Positions 9,635-19,527 are shown, counted from the first letter of the stretch. The stretch is 64,000 bases of DNA from a virus (IMGVR_UViG_3300043414_000372:64001-128000); one strand, 5' to 3'. The notes: a model not told the origin generated them from the sequence alone. Translations and numbers: made by a program.

Positions 9635-11011
9635 ATGGCAGATTTTTTCTATGATAATCAGATACGCAGATTCTTAATTCAATTTGCAAAAATTTTTAGT
9701 AATTGGCAAGTTACTAAAGGTAAAGACCCGGCAGGTAATGAAATATTAGTTCGTGTACCTGTTATGTATGGCGATAGCAGTAGACAAGCAGCAACTATTA
9801 TTGCTAATAATAGTGCCAGTAACTTACCAAGTGCCCCTTTAATTACATATTACATAGGGGGATTGGAATATAATCAAAAGTGGACACAGGATCCAACGTA
9901 TGTAGATAAAATTAATGTGCGACAAAGAGCATACAACCCTGATACTCAAGAATATGACACTGTGCAGGGTCAAGCATTTACTATTGAAAGATTAATGCCC
10001 GTACCTTATACATTGCGTATTACTGTAGATTTTTGGACTACAAATTATAATCAAAAATTACAATTGATTGAACAATTAGGCACATTGTTTAATCCTGCAT
10101 TAGAAATACAAAGTACTGATAACTTTATTGATTGGACTTCACTAAGTGTGGTATATCAAGATGGACTAACGTTCAGTAGTCGTAGCATACCAGTTGGTAC
10201 AGGCAATCCAATTGATGTTATGAGTTGGAAATTCTCAATGCCAATATGGATTAGTACGGCAGCTAAACTTAAGAAGATGGGGGTAGTTGAGAAAATCATT
10301 ACATCTATCTTTAAGGGCACTGCCCTAACAGATATACAAGATGATGATTTGTTATTGGGTACTAGACAAAAAATTACACCCTATGGATATAAAATATTAT
10401 TGTTAGGTAACACGTTGCAAATATTGCCCCAAGCAATTGCATTTGATCCAACTAATGTTAATTTAGAGTTGCCCCCAAATCCAGATACAGATATATATTG
10501 GTCTAGTGTATTAAATGTATACGGGGCTATTAAACCGGGCATTAGTCAAATTTGGTTAGAAAATCCATACATGACAACTGATATTGTAGGTACTATAGTA
10601 CCTAATCCAAATGATGACAGATTGTTAATCTATAATATTGACCCAGACACATTGCCACAGAATACGTTATCACCAGTTGACGGAGTAATTAATCCTCAGT
10701 TGACGGGGCCAAACGCAGGATTACCCGGACCGGTTAATGGACGTAGATATTTGTTAGTAGACAATATAGGTTCTCCCGGTGATAGTACAGTTGCATGGGG
10801 TACTGTAGTTGCTTTTGCTAATGATATTATTGAATACAATGCAGGAACTGGACAGTGGTTTGTTAGTTTTGATAGCACTACAGCAACACCAACTACATTA
10901 GAATATGTAACAAACTTGACAACTAATGTTCAATATCGCTTTGTTGATGATACTTGGATGAAATCGTATGAGGGTTGGTATGATGCCGGGGATTATTCTA
11001 TAGTCATCTAA
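9635..11011 (+). CDS. Tail terminator / sheath stabiliser (gp15-like) with C-terminal extension
   Basis: FFYDNQIRRFLIQFAKIF, RVPVMYG, MPVPYTLRITVDFW, QLIEQL..LFNP motifs. Confidence 0.75.
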   Translation: MADFFYDNQIRRFLIQFAKIFSNWQVTKGKDPAGNEILVRVPVMYGDSSRQAATIIANNSASNLPSAPLITYYIGGLEYNQKWTQDPTYVDKINVRQRAYNPDTQEYDTVQGQAFTIERLMPVPYTLRITVDFWTTNYNQKLQLIEQLGTLFNPALEIQSTDNFIDWTSLSVVYQDGLTFSSRSIPVGTGNPIDVMSWKFSMPIWISTAAKLKKMGVVEKIITSIFKGTALTDIQDDDLLLGTRQKITPYGYKILLLGNTLQILPQAIAFDPTNVNLELPPNPDTDIYWSSVLNVYGAIKPGISQIWLENPYMTTDIVGTIVPNPNDDRLLIYNIDPDTLPQNTLSPVDGVINPQLTGPNAGLPGPVNGRRYLLVDNIGSPGDSTVAWGTVVAFANDIIEYNAGTGQWFVSFDSTTATPTTLEYVTNLTTNVQYRFVDDTWMKSYEGWYDAGDYSIVI

Positions 11012-11015
11012 TACT

Positions 11016-11447
11016 GTGATAAATCATAGTATGAGCAATACATCCGCAGGCGTTTTCTTTTATAGCAATAAAACAAATCGCTACTTATATCTATTACGCA
11101 CAGACAACAAGAACCCAGGAAACTGGGGTATTCCTGGCGGCAAGATAGAAGATGATGAAACTCTCTTTGAGGGTATTGCTAGAGAATGTCAGGAAGAGAT
11201 TGGACTATTCCCTGACAATGCAAAACTAATTCCCATACAAAAATTTATAAATCACACATTTACATATCATACATTCTTTTGTGAAATAGCAGATGAGTTT
11301 GTTCCTGTACTGAATGAAGAACATTGCGGATATGCATGGGTAGGGGATAATCAATATCCTAAGCCATTGCATCCCGGATTGTTTAGTACAGTAAATTTTG
11401 ATGTTGTACAAGAGAAGTTAAAGACACTTACAAAAAAAGAGACCTAA
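11016..11447 (+). CDS. NUDIX hydrolase
   Basis: Nudix box WGIPGGKIEDDETLFEGIARECQEEIG. Confidence 0.9.
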   Translation: MINHSMSNTSAGVFFYSNKTNRYLYLLRTDNKNPGNWGIPGGKIEDDETLFEGIARECQEEIGLFPDNAKLIPIQKFINHTFTYHTFFCEIADEFVPVLNEEHCGYAWVGDNQYPKPLHPGLFSTVNFDVVQEKLKTLTKKET

Positions 11448-11460
11448 GTCCCTTTTTTTA
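11436..11460. terminator. Probable bidirectional terminator between convergent genes
   Basis: A-tract, short inverted repeat (AAAGAGAC-CTAA-GTCCCTTT), T-tract. Confidence 0.45.
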
Positions 11461-11772
11461 TTTTAGTAATGCTGACACTGTATTGAATCCCAGTGAGCCG
11501 ACTATTACGCCTGCTCCCATCATCATCCAGCGCCATTTTTCTAATACTGAAATCTTACCAGCTAATTCGCCATGTTCCTTAACATCTTGTTCACGCATAG
11601 TTTTCAACATTTGTCTAGTTTCTTCTGCGTTCTCATCTAGGGTATCACGAATTGACTTCAAGTCCTGTCTAATCTCACCGATTTTATCTTCGATGTTTTT
11701 AACTTGGACTTGAAGTACCGCAATTTCAGTTTCAGGTTGCATTTTGGCTACTTTACTTGATGCGGTTGCCAT
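11458..11772 (-). CDS. Coiled-coil protein with C-terminal transmembrane helix
   Basis: Heptad-rich region followed by WRWMMMGAGVIVGSLGF. Confidence 0.65.
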   Translation of the reverse strand: MATASSKVAKMQPETEIAVLQVQVKNIEDKIGEIRQDLKSIRDTLDENAEETRQMLKTMREQDVKEHGELAGKISVLEKWRWMMMGAGVIVGSLGFNTVSALLK

Positions 11773-11774
11773 GA

Positions 11775-13049
11775 TTATGCGCTTGCAATAGTTACGATTG
11801 CGTAAGGTTGACCGTTATCTGCATTAGCAACTGCTGCTGTATTGAATGTTGCAAATACCGGAGCAGCATTTTGGAACACGATATTACCAGTAGCAATTGG
11901 GCCTGAAGTAGCAGTAAACAACTCACCAGTGTGGTCAGAAAGACTTTGAACTGTTTGAGTAGCACTATTAGCATATGTAGCAAGAATACGCATTGTGTTT
12001 GGTGTCAGTGCTGTATTTGCAAGATTTGCTGTATAACATTGATTTGTTAAACCAGTTACTGTTCCTGTTACTAGATATTTTTGTTTACCTTTTTGACGTA
12101 CAATATATCCTGCTTCATCATTTGCATAGACAAATGCTGCATTGCTAAAAGCAATTGGGCAGTTAGCATTTAATACGACACGATTGTGAATTGCATTACC
12201 AGTAACACTTGCATTAGATGTAATAGCTTTTGGTGCACCACCCTGAGTAGCAGAAACAGTAAATGCAGTTGCATTAGCTACAGTTTTAACAAAATATGTT
12301 GTACCTGAAGTTAAACCACCAAATGATGCATCAAATGTTAACGGCATATCAAGTTCTAGCAGTTGTGCATTACCTGATGTTCTAATAACATTGCCTGTTG
12401 CTGTCGTATTAGCAACAGCTACAGTAATATTACCATGTGTTCCAGATGCGAAACCAATGTTGGTATAGTCTGTAGTTCCATTATTATTTGCAACAGCAAC
12501 CTGAAGTGCTGCACCTGTAGCTAAATTAGCTAAGTCAGTACCTACTCCAAATACGCTTGCATTGGTGTTAGCTGCCAAATAGCTATATAATGTACCTGTA
12601 CCATTAATACCAATAGCAACTTGTGCTAATACTTGTTTACCAATGATTGCTGTATTACCACCAACTACAGAATATGTGTTACTGTTCGTAGTTGGGAAAC
12701 CTGCACCACCAACTGGGTTGTTAAAATATGCATCGACTACTGCAACAGATGCTTTAACTGATTGAGCAGATGTAGTTGTTAGTGAAGCAAGAACACGAGG
12801 TTGTACACTTAATTGTGTTGTTGATACTGTAAATGTATGATTGCCTGTGATAGCGTTAATGTAATAAATTGTGTTAGCAACTAATCCACCAACTGTAGAA
12901 GCAACTACGAATGGCATACCAACTGCTACACCAACAGTTGGTTCTGTAGTTAGATTATCTGATACTGTTACATTAGCACCTGAGCCTGAACCAGTTGCTG
13001 TGATTGTTAAGACTGCTTGAGCCTTTGCGATTTTTAGAGGACGTCCCAT
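11775..13049 (-). CDS. Putative virion structural protein (T/A/N/G-rich, internal repeat)
   Basis: Beta-rich composition; repeated GGL..(N/G)T.Y..(N/K).....FTVS.TQ motif; late promoter at 13132-13138. Confidence 0.65.
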   Translation of the reverse strand: MGRPLKIAKAQAVLTITATGSGSGANVTVSDNLTTEPTVGVAVGMPFVVASTVGGLVANTIYYINAITGNHTFTVSTTQLSVQPRVLASLTTTSAQSVKASVAVVDAYFNNPVGGAGFPTTNSNTYSVVGGNTAIIGKQVLAQVAIGINGTGTLYSYLAANTNASVFGVGTDLANLATGAALQVAVANNNGTTDYTNIGFASGTHGNITVAVANTTATGNVIRTSGNAQLLELDMPLTFDASFGGLTSGTTYFVKTVANATAFTVSATQGGAPKAITSNASVTGNAIHNRVVLNANCPIAFSNAAFVYANDEAGYIVRQKGKQKYLVTGTVTGLTNQCYTANLANTALTPNTMRILATYANSATQTVQSLSDHTGELFTATSGPIATGNIVFQNAAPVFATFNTAAVANADNGQPYAIVTIASA

Positions 13050-13065
13050 TTTTTTCTCCTTGAAA

Positions 13066-13124
13066 TATTAGTGAGTTCTAGTCACTACGCGGCGGGGACC
13101 GCATAAACTCGCCGAATGCGAATG
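13066..13124 (-). ncRNA. Candidate structured 5' leader (pseudoknot plus hairpin)
   Basis: GC-rich island in an AT-rich genome between late promoter and RBS: CGCAT/ATGCG stem, CGGCG/CGCCG crossing pair, TAGTGA/TCACTA hairpin. Confidence 0.4.
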
Positions 13125-13150
13125 TATAATATATTTATCTTAGAGGGTAA

Positions 13151-13175
13151 AAAAAGCGACCTAAGTCGCTTTTTA
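13151..13175 (-). terminator. Rho-independent terminator
   Basis: AAAAGCGAC-TTAG-GTCGCTTTTTT on the minus strand after the ORF ending at 13176. Confidence 0.65.
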
Positions 13176-13706
13176 TTATAGCATGTATCCATTTGCCATG
13201 TTAGCATGTGGCATACCCAATTCAGTAATACTGAATTCAGCAGGGGTTGCTGCGCTAGCTGTTAAGAACGCTACTACATTGCCTTGTCCACAATAAACAG
13301 TATTATATGATCCTACTGCATATGAATAAATTTCTGTATTTTGAGTAGCAATTGCGTAAGGTATACCGGCATTATTAAATGTGTAAGTTGTATTAGATAT
13401 TGCAACTCCGGCATTAGCAGTTAATGTTAAACTAGTAGCATTTGCAATATTTGATACAATTCCTACTGTAGTTCCGGTTGTGTTACCTATCCATGCACCA
13501 ACTGTCAGTTGTGTATTAAATGCTGTTCCCACTCCAGTGACTGTTTTGGAATTAGTTGCAGAAGTTGCTGTTCCAGTACCAGCTACTCTAGGGTAACCAG
13601 TTACAGCATGAATACTGGATGTTGTTAAAGATATTCTAATCTTATCAGTTCCTATATTTGCTGATTGTTGCGATACTGAATTCGCGGTATATACGTATGA
13701 TGTCAT
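13176..13706 (-). CDS. Putative virion structural protein
   Basis: T/A/G-rich; late promoter motif upstream; next to tail fibre. Confidence 0.6.
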   Translation of the reverse strand: MTSYVYTANSVSQQSANIGTDKIRISLTTSSIHAVTGYPRVAGTGTATSATNSKTVTGVGTAFNTQLTVGAWIGNTTGTTVGIVSNIANATSLTLTANAGVAISNTTYTFNNAGIPYAIATQNTEIYSYAVGSYNTVYCGQGNVVAFLTASAATPAEFSITELGMPHANMANGYML

Positions 13707-13733
13707 TTTATTATTCCTATATCTTATTTATTA

Positions 13734-16700
13734 TTAAAGTCTGCCAACTGCTACTTCAATAACGCCTTCGCCTTCAAAGTTTTCTAATGATTTGCCGATT
13801 ACTGAACCAATATATGGGTGAATCATTGGTCTCGCATAACCTTCTCCGCCGCTTACTAGCATATCACCTTTATGTATTGTTCCGCGAACTTTAACTGGTA
13901 CACGACCTTGTAATGCTAATGCTACAATATGTTCACCTTGACATTGTGAATTCATTACATAAGCTGGATCAGTTGATACTACCCCTGCAACTCTTGTTGT
14001 ACCATCTTCAGCGATAGTAACTTCTTTGTCACCACCAAACTCTACAACAGTGCCAGGTTCATATGGCTTATCTGCTTCATAATATTCTGCTAAGTCAGCG
14101 TATGTTGCATTAAGTCTTGAGCCTGTACTTAACGAGAAATTACCAGTAAATGTACCAGTGTTTGTGTTTGATCCAACTGAAATTATTGCAGCATTCGTTA
14201 GTGTTAATCCGGTCAATGTACCCACACTAGTAATATTTGGTTGTGCATTAGTTGTAACTGTACCCGCTGTACCTGAACTTACTGCGTAGGTTGCGTTTGC
14301 TACAGTACCGGTTACGTTAGCACCAACTAATGAACTTAATCCATTACCATTGCCAGTAAACACCCCTGTGTTAGCTGTAAATGCTACTGCGGTTACTGTG
14401 CCATTTACGCCGAGTGATGTTAGTGTGCCAACTGATGTAATATTAGGTTGTGCATTTGTTGTTACCGTACCCGCTGTACCTGAACTTACTGCGTAGGTTG
14501 CGTTAGCTACTGTGCCTGTTACGTTACCACCAGTGATTGAACTTAGATTAGCACCATTGCCACTTACATTAGTAAACACACCATTGGTTGCACCTATGTT
14601 ACCAACATTAGCATTACCACTTATATTTGCTGTGCCGGTGATATTAGCACCAGTACCAGTTACTACTAGTGTAGTGTTTCCTGCTACAACAGTGTTTACA
14701 TTTCCGCCTGATGCAGGTATACTCACATTACTTGTACCATTAACAATGCTTGTCCCGGCAGATATATTAAGGTTGGTGATATTACTGCCGTCACCTTTTA
14801 AGTAAGTTGCACTTAATATTGTAGTAGATAAATTACCAGTCGCGGCATTGAATGATAAGTTAGCATTTGCGCCGTGTGCTAAATTACCCGATGTTGCATT
14901 GACAAATACTGGATAGAATGTGCCAGTGCTTTGTACAGTTACTGCACCGTATGTTGTGACATTTGCATTTGGTACAATGCCGGTAACATTACCTCCAGCA
15001 AGTGCGGTTAATGAACTACCATTACCAGCGAATAAAGTCGCACTTAATGTACCAGTTGTTGAATTGAATGATAAGTTAGCATTGCTTGCCAATTGATAAT
15101 TAGCAGTAGTGTTGCCAGTAACAAATGTTGGATACCAAGTTCCATTTATATTAGTTACAACATTAGCATAGTTTGCTATATTAGATTGGTCAACATTTAA
15201 ATTAGCAACACGAGTTGTGCTAGTTACTGTAAACGGTGCAGTTCCGGTTGTTATCGTAGATATGATCTGTCCTGCTGTACCCAAGTTACCAACATTTGCA
15301 TTACCTGAAATGTTTGCTGTACCAGTAATATTTGCACCAGTATCACTAATAACCATTGTGCTATTACTCTTGGCTGTAAACGTAAGATTAGCGTTAGTTG
15401 TTATGGTAACATTGCTATTTCCATTCTGTAGTAACCCACTATTGATAGTAGTGATGTTGCCCGTAGTAGCAATTAAAGTTGTTGTACCTAGATTACCAAC
15501 ATTTGCATTACCACTTACATTTGCCGTACCAATAATATTCGCACCAGTATCACTAATAACCATTGTGCTATTACTCTTAGCTGTAAAGGTAATGTTTGCA
15601 TTTTGCGTTATAGCAATATTGCTATTGCCATTTGCATGCGGTCCAACTAAATTACCACCGGTGATATTACCAGTAACTGCTAGACTAGTTAATGTTCCAG
15701 TACTTGTTATGTTTGGCTGTGCTGCTGTTGTTAATGTACCAGTTAATAATGTTGCACTCAATGCACCAGTCGCAGCATTGAATGATAAATTAGCATTGGC
15801 TCCTTGTGCCAAATTGCCCGATGTAGCGTTTACAAATATTGGATACCATGTTCCAGTTGTTGTTAGTGCAGTGTTAGCATATTCAGAAACATTAGCCCTT
15901 GCTACATATAAATTAGGAACTAGTGTTGTACTTGATACTATTAAAGGTATATTACCGGAAGGTATATTTGATACGAATACCGGTGATGTAACACTGTATG
16001 ATGCATTTACATTTGCGGTAATAACATACCCACTAGCAACTGTTAGTGTGTGTGTTGACTTAACAAATGTAAAATTAGAATCACCTTGTATGAGACCGCC
16101 GTCATTGAACTGAACCTGAGTATCTGCACTAGGACCAATGTTTCCACCTCCGCCGGCAGAGGTTGTTGTAGCAATACCTGAATTTGCCACGTAACTAGCT
16201 ATCCCAGTACCCGGTACCGGATTACTGTTTCCTATATAATATAAAGAAACATTTCCAGTTGTTGGATAATTAGATGCCAACAGTATTTTAAATGCTTGTC
16301 CATTAACAATTGTGTTTGAAACTGAATTAACCCCTGTTATCGTAACTTCAGCATTATTTGTATATGGTGTGGTCGGGCTCACTGTCATTACAATTGGAGT
16401 AGCATTTGATAGTGCTATGATTGGAGTATATAGCGTACCCTGAGGAGTCCAAGATAAATTACCTGAACCGTCTGTCTGTAACACATATCCAATAGCTCCG
16501 CCTGTCATTGAAATGTTTGCTACATTACCTAATTGTAGTTTAGTCCCGTTAAGTTGAGAACTATTACCTTTATAATTTTCCCATGTATTTGTACTAGCAA
16601 CATAAGTTAGTATTTGTCCGGTCGACGGGGAAGTAATATTAAAATTACCACCACCGCTGCCGTTGATTTGACTAAAACTAATATCAGAATATGAAGTTAA

Positions 16701-16856
16701 TACTTCAATATTTTCGTCTGTATAGGTATTTCCTGTTCTTCCAATGAAAAGTCTATTTTCATCGGTTGCCCAGCCAAATTCACCGTTGTCTAATTGTGGT
16801 AAGTCAACTAGGTTACCTGCTCGTTGCTGTATCTTTGAGATTTGTACTATGGCCAT
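13734..16856 (-). CDS. Long tail fibre protein with C-terminal chaperone-like domain
   Basis: N-terminal LDNGEFGWATDENRLFIG anchor; G/N/T/A-rich repeats; C-terminal YADLAEYYEADKPYEPGTVV...VAGVVSTDPAYVMN...ALQGRVPVKV...IGKSLE typical of phage fibre tips. Confidence 0.8.
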   Translation of the reverse strand: MAIVQISKIQQRAGNLVDLPQLDNGEFGWATDENRLFIGRTGNTYTDENIEVLTSYSDISFSQINGSGGGNFNITSPSTGQILTYVASTNTWENYKGNSSQLNGTKLQLGNVANISMTGGAIGYVLQTDGSGNLSWTPQGTLYTPIIALSNATPIVMTVSPTTPYTNNAEVTITGVNSVSNTIVNGQAFKILLASNYPTTGNVSLYYIGNSNPVPGTGIASYVANSGIATTTSAGGGGNIGPSADTQVQFNDGGLIQGDSNFTFVKSTHTLTVASGYVITANVNASYSVTSPVFVSNIPSGNIPLIVSSTTLVPNLYVARANVSEYANTALTTTGTWYPIFVNATSGNLAQGANANLSFNAATGALSATLLTGTLTTAAQPNITSTGTLTSLAVTGNITGGNLVGPHANGNSNIAITQNANITFTAKSNSTMVISDTGANIIGTANVSGNANVGNLGTTTLIATTGNITTINSGLLQNGNSNVTITTNANLTFTAKSNSTMVISDTGANITGTANISGNANVGNLGTAGQIISTITTGTAPFTVTSTTRVANLNVDQSNIANYANVVTNINGTWYPTFVTGNTTANYQLASNANLSFNSTTGTLSATLFAGNGSSLTALAGGNVTGIVPNANVTTYGAVTVQSTGTFYPVFVNATSGNLAHGANANLSFNAATGNLSTTILSATYLKGDGSNITNLNISAGTSIVNGTSNVSIPASGGNVNTVVAGNTTLVVTGTGANITGTANISGNANVGNIGATNGVFTNVSGNGANLSSITGGNVTGTVANATYAVSSGTAGTVTTNAQPNITSVGTLTSLGVNGTVTAVAFTANTGVFTGNGNGLSSLVGANVTGTVANATYAVSSGTAGTVTTNAQPNITSVGTLTGLTLTNAAIISVGSNTNTGTFTGNFSLSTGSRLNATYADLAEYYEADKPYEPGTVVEFGGDKEVTIAEDGTTRVAGVVSTDPAYVMNSQCQGEHIVALALQGRVPVKVRGTIHKGDMLVSGGEGYARPMIHPYIGSVIGKSLENFEGEGVIEVAVGRL
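14221..14530 (-). repeat. Near-identical direct repeats inside tail fibre gene
   Basis: GTVANATYAVSSGTAGTVTTNAQPNITSVGTL encoded twice, 210 bp apart, with near-identical DNA. Confidence 0.8.
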
Positions 16857-16907
16857 AAGTGTAATTCTTCACGTTTACACTTATTTATCATAATTATGAC
16901 TTAACCA

Positions 16908-17594
16908 CTATAAGAATTTCATGTAATATTGCTCTACACGGTTAAACCACATGTCACTATACTTGTCAAATTCACTGCCCTCAATGATGAATTCCTGATA
17001 AACAACATCTGCGGTACACATGAAAATTACACCTTTACGTATTTTAGTCCCGTGTACTTCATTGTGTGCGTTAGCATATGCTGCTAATTGAACAAAGTAA
17101 TCATCAATCCACTCACGCTTTTTAAACTTGTTAGATTGCTTGTGGTCCATAATAGCATCACTCCCATCATGTACTCCGCACAAGTCAGTTGTACCAGCAT
17201 AGATTTTAGGGAAGTATAAAGGAACTTCTGTTCCCCAATATTCATTGCATTTCACTAAACCCTGTTCAATAATTTGCTTTGCCATTTTGTGACTTTGAAT
17301 ACTGTAGGGGTTAGAGCCTGGTTCGGTAACTATACCTGTCTTGATATAATCCTCAAGAAACTTGTGCATTCGTGTTCCTCGACCCGCTGCCTCAGTTGTA
17401 ATCTCTTGTGCTTTTTGAACCCCAACACGTTTGCGCCAGTTCTGTAATGCTTGTTTACTTTCTTCTGACTTGGTTGCGTCTAGTATTGTTGTAACGCTTG
17501 GAAGTTTCTCACCATCTGGTGTAGCATATCTGCGTTTACCTTCGATTTCTACCCTACTCATGGGTATATAGTTGTATTTGTTTGGATTGTACAT
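16908..17594 (-). CDS. PD-(D/E)XK exonuclease (Cas4/RecB-like fold)
   Basis: LPSVTTIL, GRGTRMH, YAGTTDL, IMDHKQS, QLAAYA motifs; start moved to the ATG at 17594. Confidence 0.8.
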   Translation of the reverse strand: MYNPNKYNYIPMSRVEIEGKRRYATPDGEKLPSVTTILDATKSEESKQALQNWRKRVGVQKAQEITTEAAGRGTRMHKFLEDYIKTGIVTEPGSNPYSIQSHKMAKQIIEQGLVKCNEYWGTEVPLYFPKIYAGTTDLCGVHDGSDAIMDHKQSNKFKKREWIDDYFVQLAAYANAHNEVHGTKIRKGVIFMCTADVVYQEFIIEGSEFDKYSDMWFNRVEQYYMKFL

Positions 17595-17602
17595 TATAGT
17601 CA

Positions 17603-17631
17603 ATTATAGTTGATTATAATACTAATGTCAA
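17603..17631 (-). promoter_or_regulatory. Sigma70 promoter TTGACA-17-TATAAT
   Basis: TTGACA TTAGTATTATAATCAAC TATAAT, 8 nt before the ATG. Confidence 0.7.
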
Positions 17632-17952
17632 TTAGATTCGGAAACTTTCTCCGCAACCACATTTATCACGTTCATTTGGGTTAAGAAACTCAAATCCTTC
17701 ATTAAGACCATTGCGGACATAATCTATTGTCATTCCTTGAAGATAAGCAGAACTCTTTGGATCAACATACAATGAGCATCCATCACATTCTATCTTTAAA
17801 TCTTCTGCCATTGGTTGATCAACGTATTCAAGTACATAGGCTAAACCAGAACAACCTGTCGTTTTGACGCCTATTCTGATTCCTAATCCTCTACCTCTTT
17901 TAGCAAGAGTTTGTTTTACTTTATTTGTTGCTTTATCTGTAACTGTTATCAT
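17632..17952 (-). CDS. iscA: Fe-S cluster assembly A-type carrier (IscA/HesB)
   Basis: TTGCSGLAY and CGCGESF motifs. Confidence 0.93.
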   Translation of the reverse strand: MITVTDKATNKVKQTLAKRGRGLGIRIGVKTTGCSGLAYVLEYVDQPMAEDLKIECDGCSLYVDPKSSAYLQGMTIDYVRNGLNEGFEFLNPNERDKCGCGESFRI

Positions 17953-18281
17953 TGTGTTGGCATAGCACTTTGTGCCATTTGTTGTACAACTTGTTGACTT
18001 TGTGATTGATCCTGCGCAGGTTGTGTTTCTTCTTGCCCTTTAAAAATTACTTGATCACCTTGAATATTAGATATAACGGTGTTTAACGGAGGGTTCTTTA
18101 TCATATCATACAAGTCGGTGACATCTAAAACGATATTACCTTTATCTTGTAAATAAGTTAAAAACTCTTCCGTCGTGTAACTACTAGGATCTATTATACC
18201 GTTATCTAAATCAGTTTTAAGTTGATTGACAAGAACGATAAGTTTAGCACTCGCCGGATCAGCAAGTTCAAAAAGAAACAT
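17949..18281 (-). CDS. Hypothetical protein
   Basis: ORF coupled to both neighbours; Q-rich C-terminus. Confidence 0.7.
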   Translation of the reverse strand: MFLFELADPASAKLIVLVNQLKTDLDNGIIDPSSYTTEEFLTYLQDKGNIVLDVTDLYDMIKNPPLNTVISNIQGDQVIFKGQEETQPAQDQSQSQQVVQQMAQSAMPTQ

Positions 18282-18282
18282 A

Positions 18283-19005
18283 TTATCTCTTTGCTCTGCC
18301 TACACCACCTGTCGGTGGCATTTCTGGTTCTTCTTCTGGGGGCATATCAGCGCCCATGCTCATATCAGCATCTACGTCAGCGCCGGCGTCTAATCCTGCG
18401 TCCATTCCAGCATCTACACCTGCTTCTGCTCCCATGTCAGCACCAGCATCAAATGCTGCATCTACTGCTTGACCAGTAAGACCATTCAACGCATTTTTCA
18501 ATGCAGTTGATACTTCTTTCAATGAAGCAGATAATGTATCTAGTTGACCAGAAACTTGATCATTGTATGTTTGACTTTCGTTAACACCAATTTCACTTTC
18601 AATGCTTGATACCAATGCAGGTAATTCTTTAACTTGCATTTGACCTACATCTTCAAGCATCTTCTGTACTTGGTCTACCATATCTTGTGCTGCTAGTACA
18701 ACTTGTGACTTCTCCACTTCTTCATTCTCAACCATGATTCTTGGCTGTGGAAGTGAACGTAATTCGTTGTAGTGGTCACTAAGTGCTTGCTCCATAAACA
18801 CCAACTTCATATAAGAATTTGATGCTTGACTATTGTGATAGTCAGGAGATTGCTTTGACTCACTCAATAAACCACGTACTTTTTGGAGCATAGTGCGGGT
18901 AGATGACATAGACATATTATCTACATTGAATGAAGTTTCATACTGTTCTTTCAATACTTTAGTAGAGAAAGAGCGGCGATTGTGGTTTAGTTCGGTTAGT
19001 TTCAT
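18283..19005 (-). CDS. Hypothetical, possible prohead core/internal protein
   Basis: Acidic helical protein with DAG repeats; late promoter at 19033-19039. Confidence 0.6.
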   Translation of the reverse strand: MKLTELNHNRRSFSTKVLKEQYETSFNVDNMSMSSTRTMLQKVRGLLSESKQSPDYHNSQASNSYMKLVFMEQALSDHYNELRSLPQPRIMVENEEVEKSQVVLAAQDMVDQVQKMLEDVGQMQVKELPALVSSIESEIGVNESQTYNDQVSGQLDTLSASLKEVSTALKNALNGLTGQAVDAAFDAGADMGAEAGVDAGMDAGLDAGADVDADMSMGADMPPEEEPEMPPTGGVGRAKR

Positions 19006-19053
19006 ATTTGTATTCCAGAGAAATATATAATATATTTATCTTTTCTTTCTTTA

Positions 19054-19527
19054 TTATGCGGATTTGTTAAATCGTTTATCTTGCCAAATTCTGGAACTAT
19101 TCACATAACCCGCTAATTCGTCGGTTATCTGCTTACGTTCCATCTTTTCTTCACCTAATTTAGCTAAGTAAATTAGTTTTTCTTCTAAGTTTTTAGCTTT
19201 TTTTACTAATTTCTGGTGCACTTGAATCTCACTATCCACACTAGCTAATCTAGTATCCAAATCTAAAATACGATTAGATTCGTATATGCTGTTCCGTTTG
19301 TCAAAGGTGCACCAAGATACAGCATTTTTTAATACGTTGAAGGTTTTAGTTCCTGCAATAGTATCCTTTTCTACTGTATAACAATCGTTATTCTTTTTAA
19401 TTGAATATTTGTTGAATAGATAATAAGAACCATCTGGTCCTTGAATTATAGTTAATTCACTTAACTTTTCCATTTCTTGATTGGATATAGTTTTTGTAAA
19501 TTTGTGTAGTAGTTTGTCGCTTATCAT
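19054..19527 (-). CDS. Hypothetical protein
   Basis: ORF with ATGA-type overlap to the upstream gene. Confidence 0.7.
   Translation of the reverse strand: MISDKLLHKFTKTISNQEMEKLSELTIIQGPDGSYYLFNKYSIKKNNDCYTVEKDTIAGTKTFNVLKNAVSWCTFDKRNSIYESNRILDLDTRLASVDSEIQVHQKLVKKAKNLEEKLIYLAKLGEEKMERKQITDELAGYVNSSRIWQDKRFNKSA

Noticed and set aside
11458-11772. Holin call
   Set aside because: A single C-terminal TM with coiled coil is not diagnostic and no endolysin is adjacent; left as hypothetical.
15217-16113. 298 aa plus-strand ORF (and similar antisense ORFs at 3120, 14512, 21930, 23582, 38043, 56609 etc.)
   Set aside because: Antisense to well-supported genes; explained by codon bias of the real frame; no RBS or motifs.
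13734-16856. Diversity-generating retroelement target
   Set aside because: No reverse transcriptase in the window and no repeat pair differing specifically at adenines was seen; repeats are in-frame internal duplications.
16908-17594. Cas4 as part of a CRISPR system
   Set aside because: PD-(D/E)XK fold only; no Fe-S cysteine set evident and no array or other cas genes.
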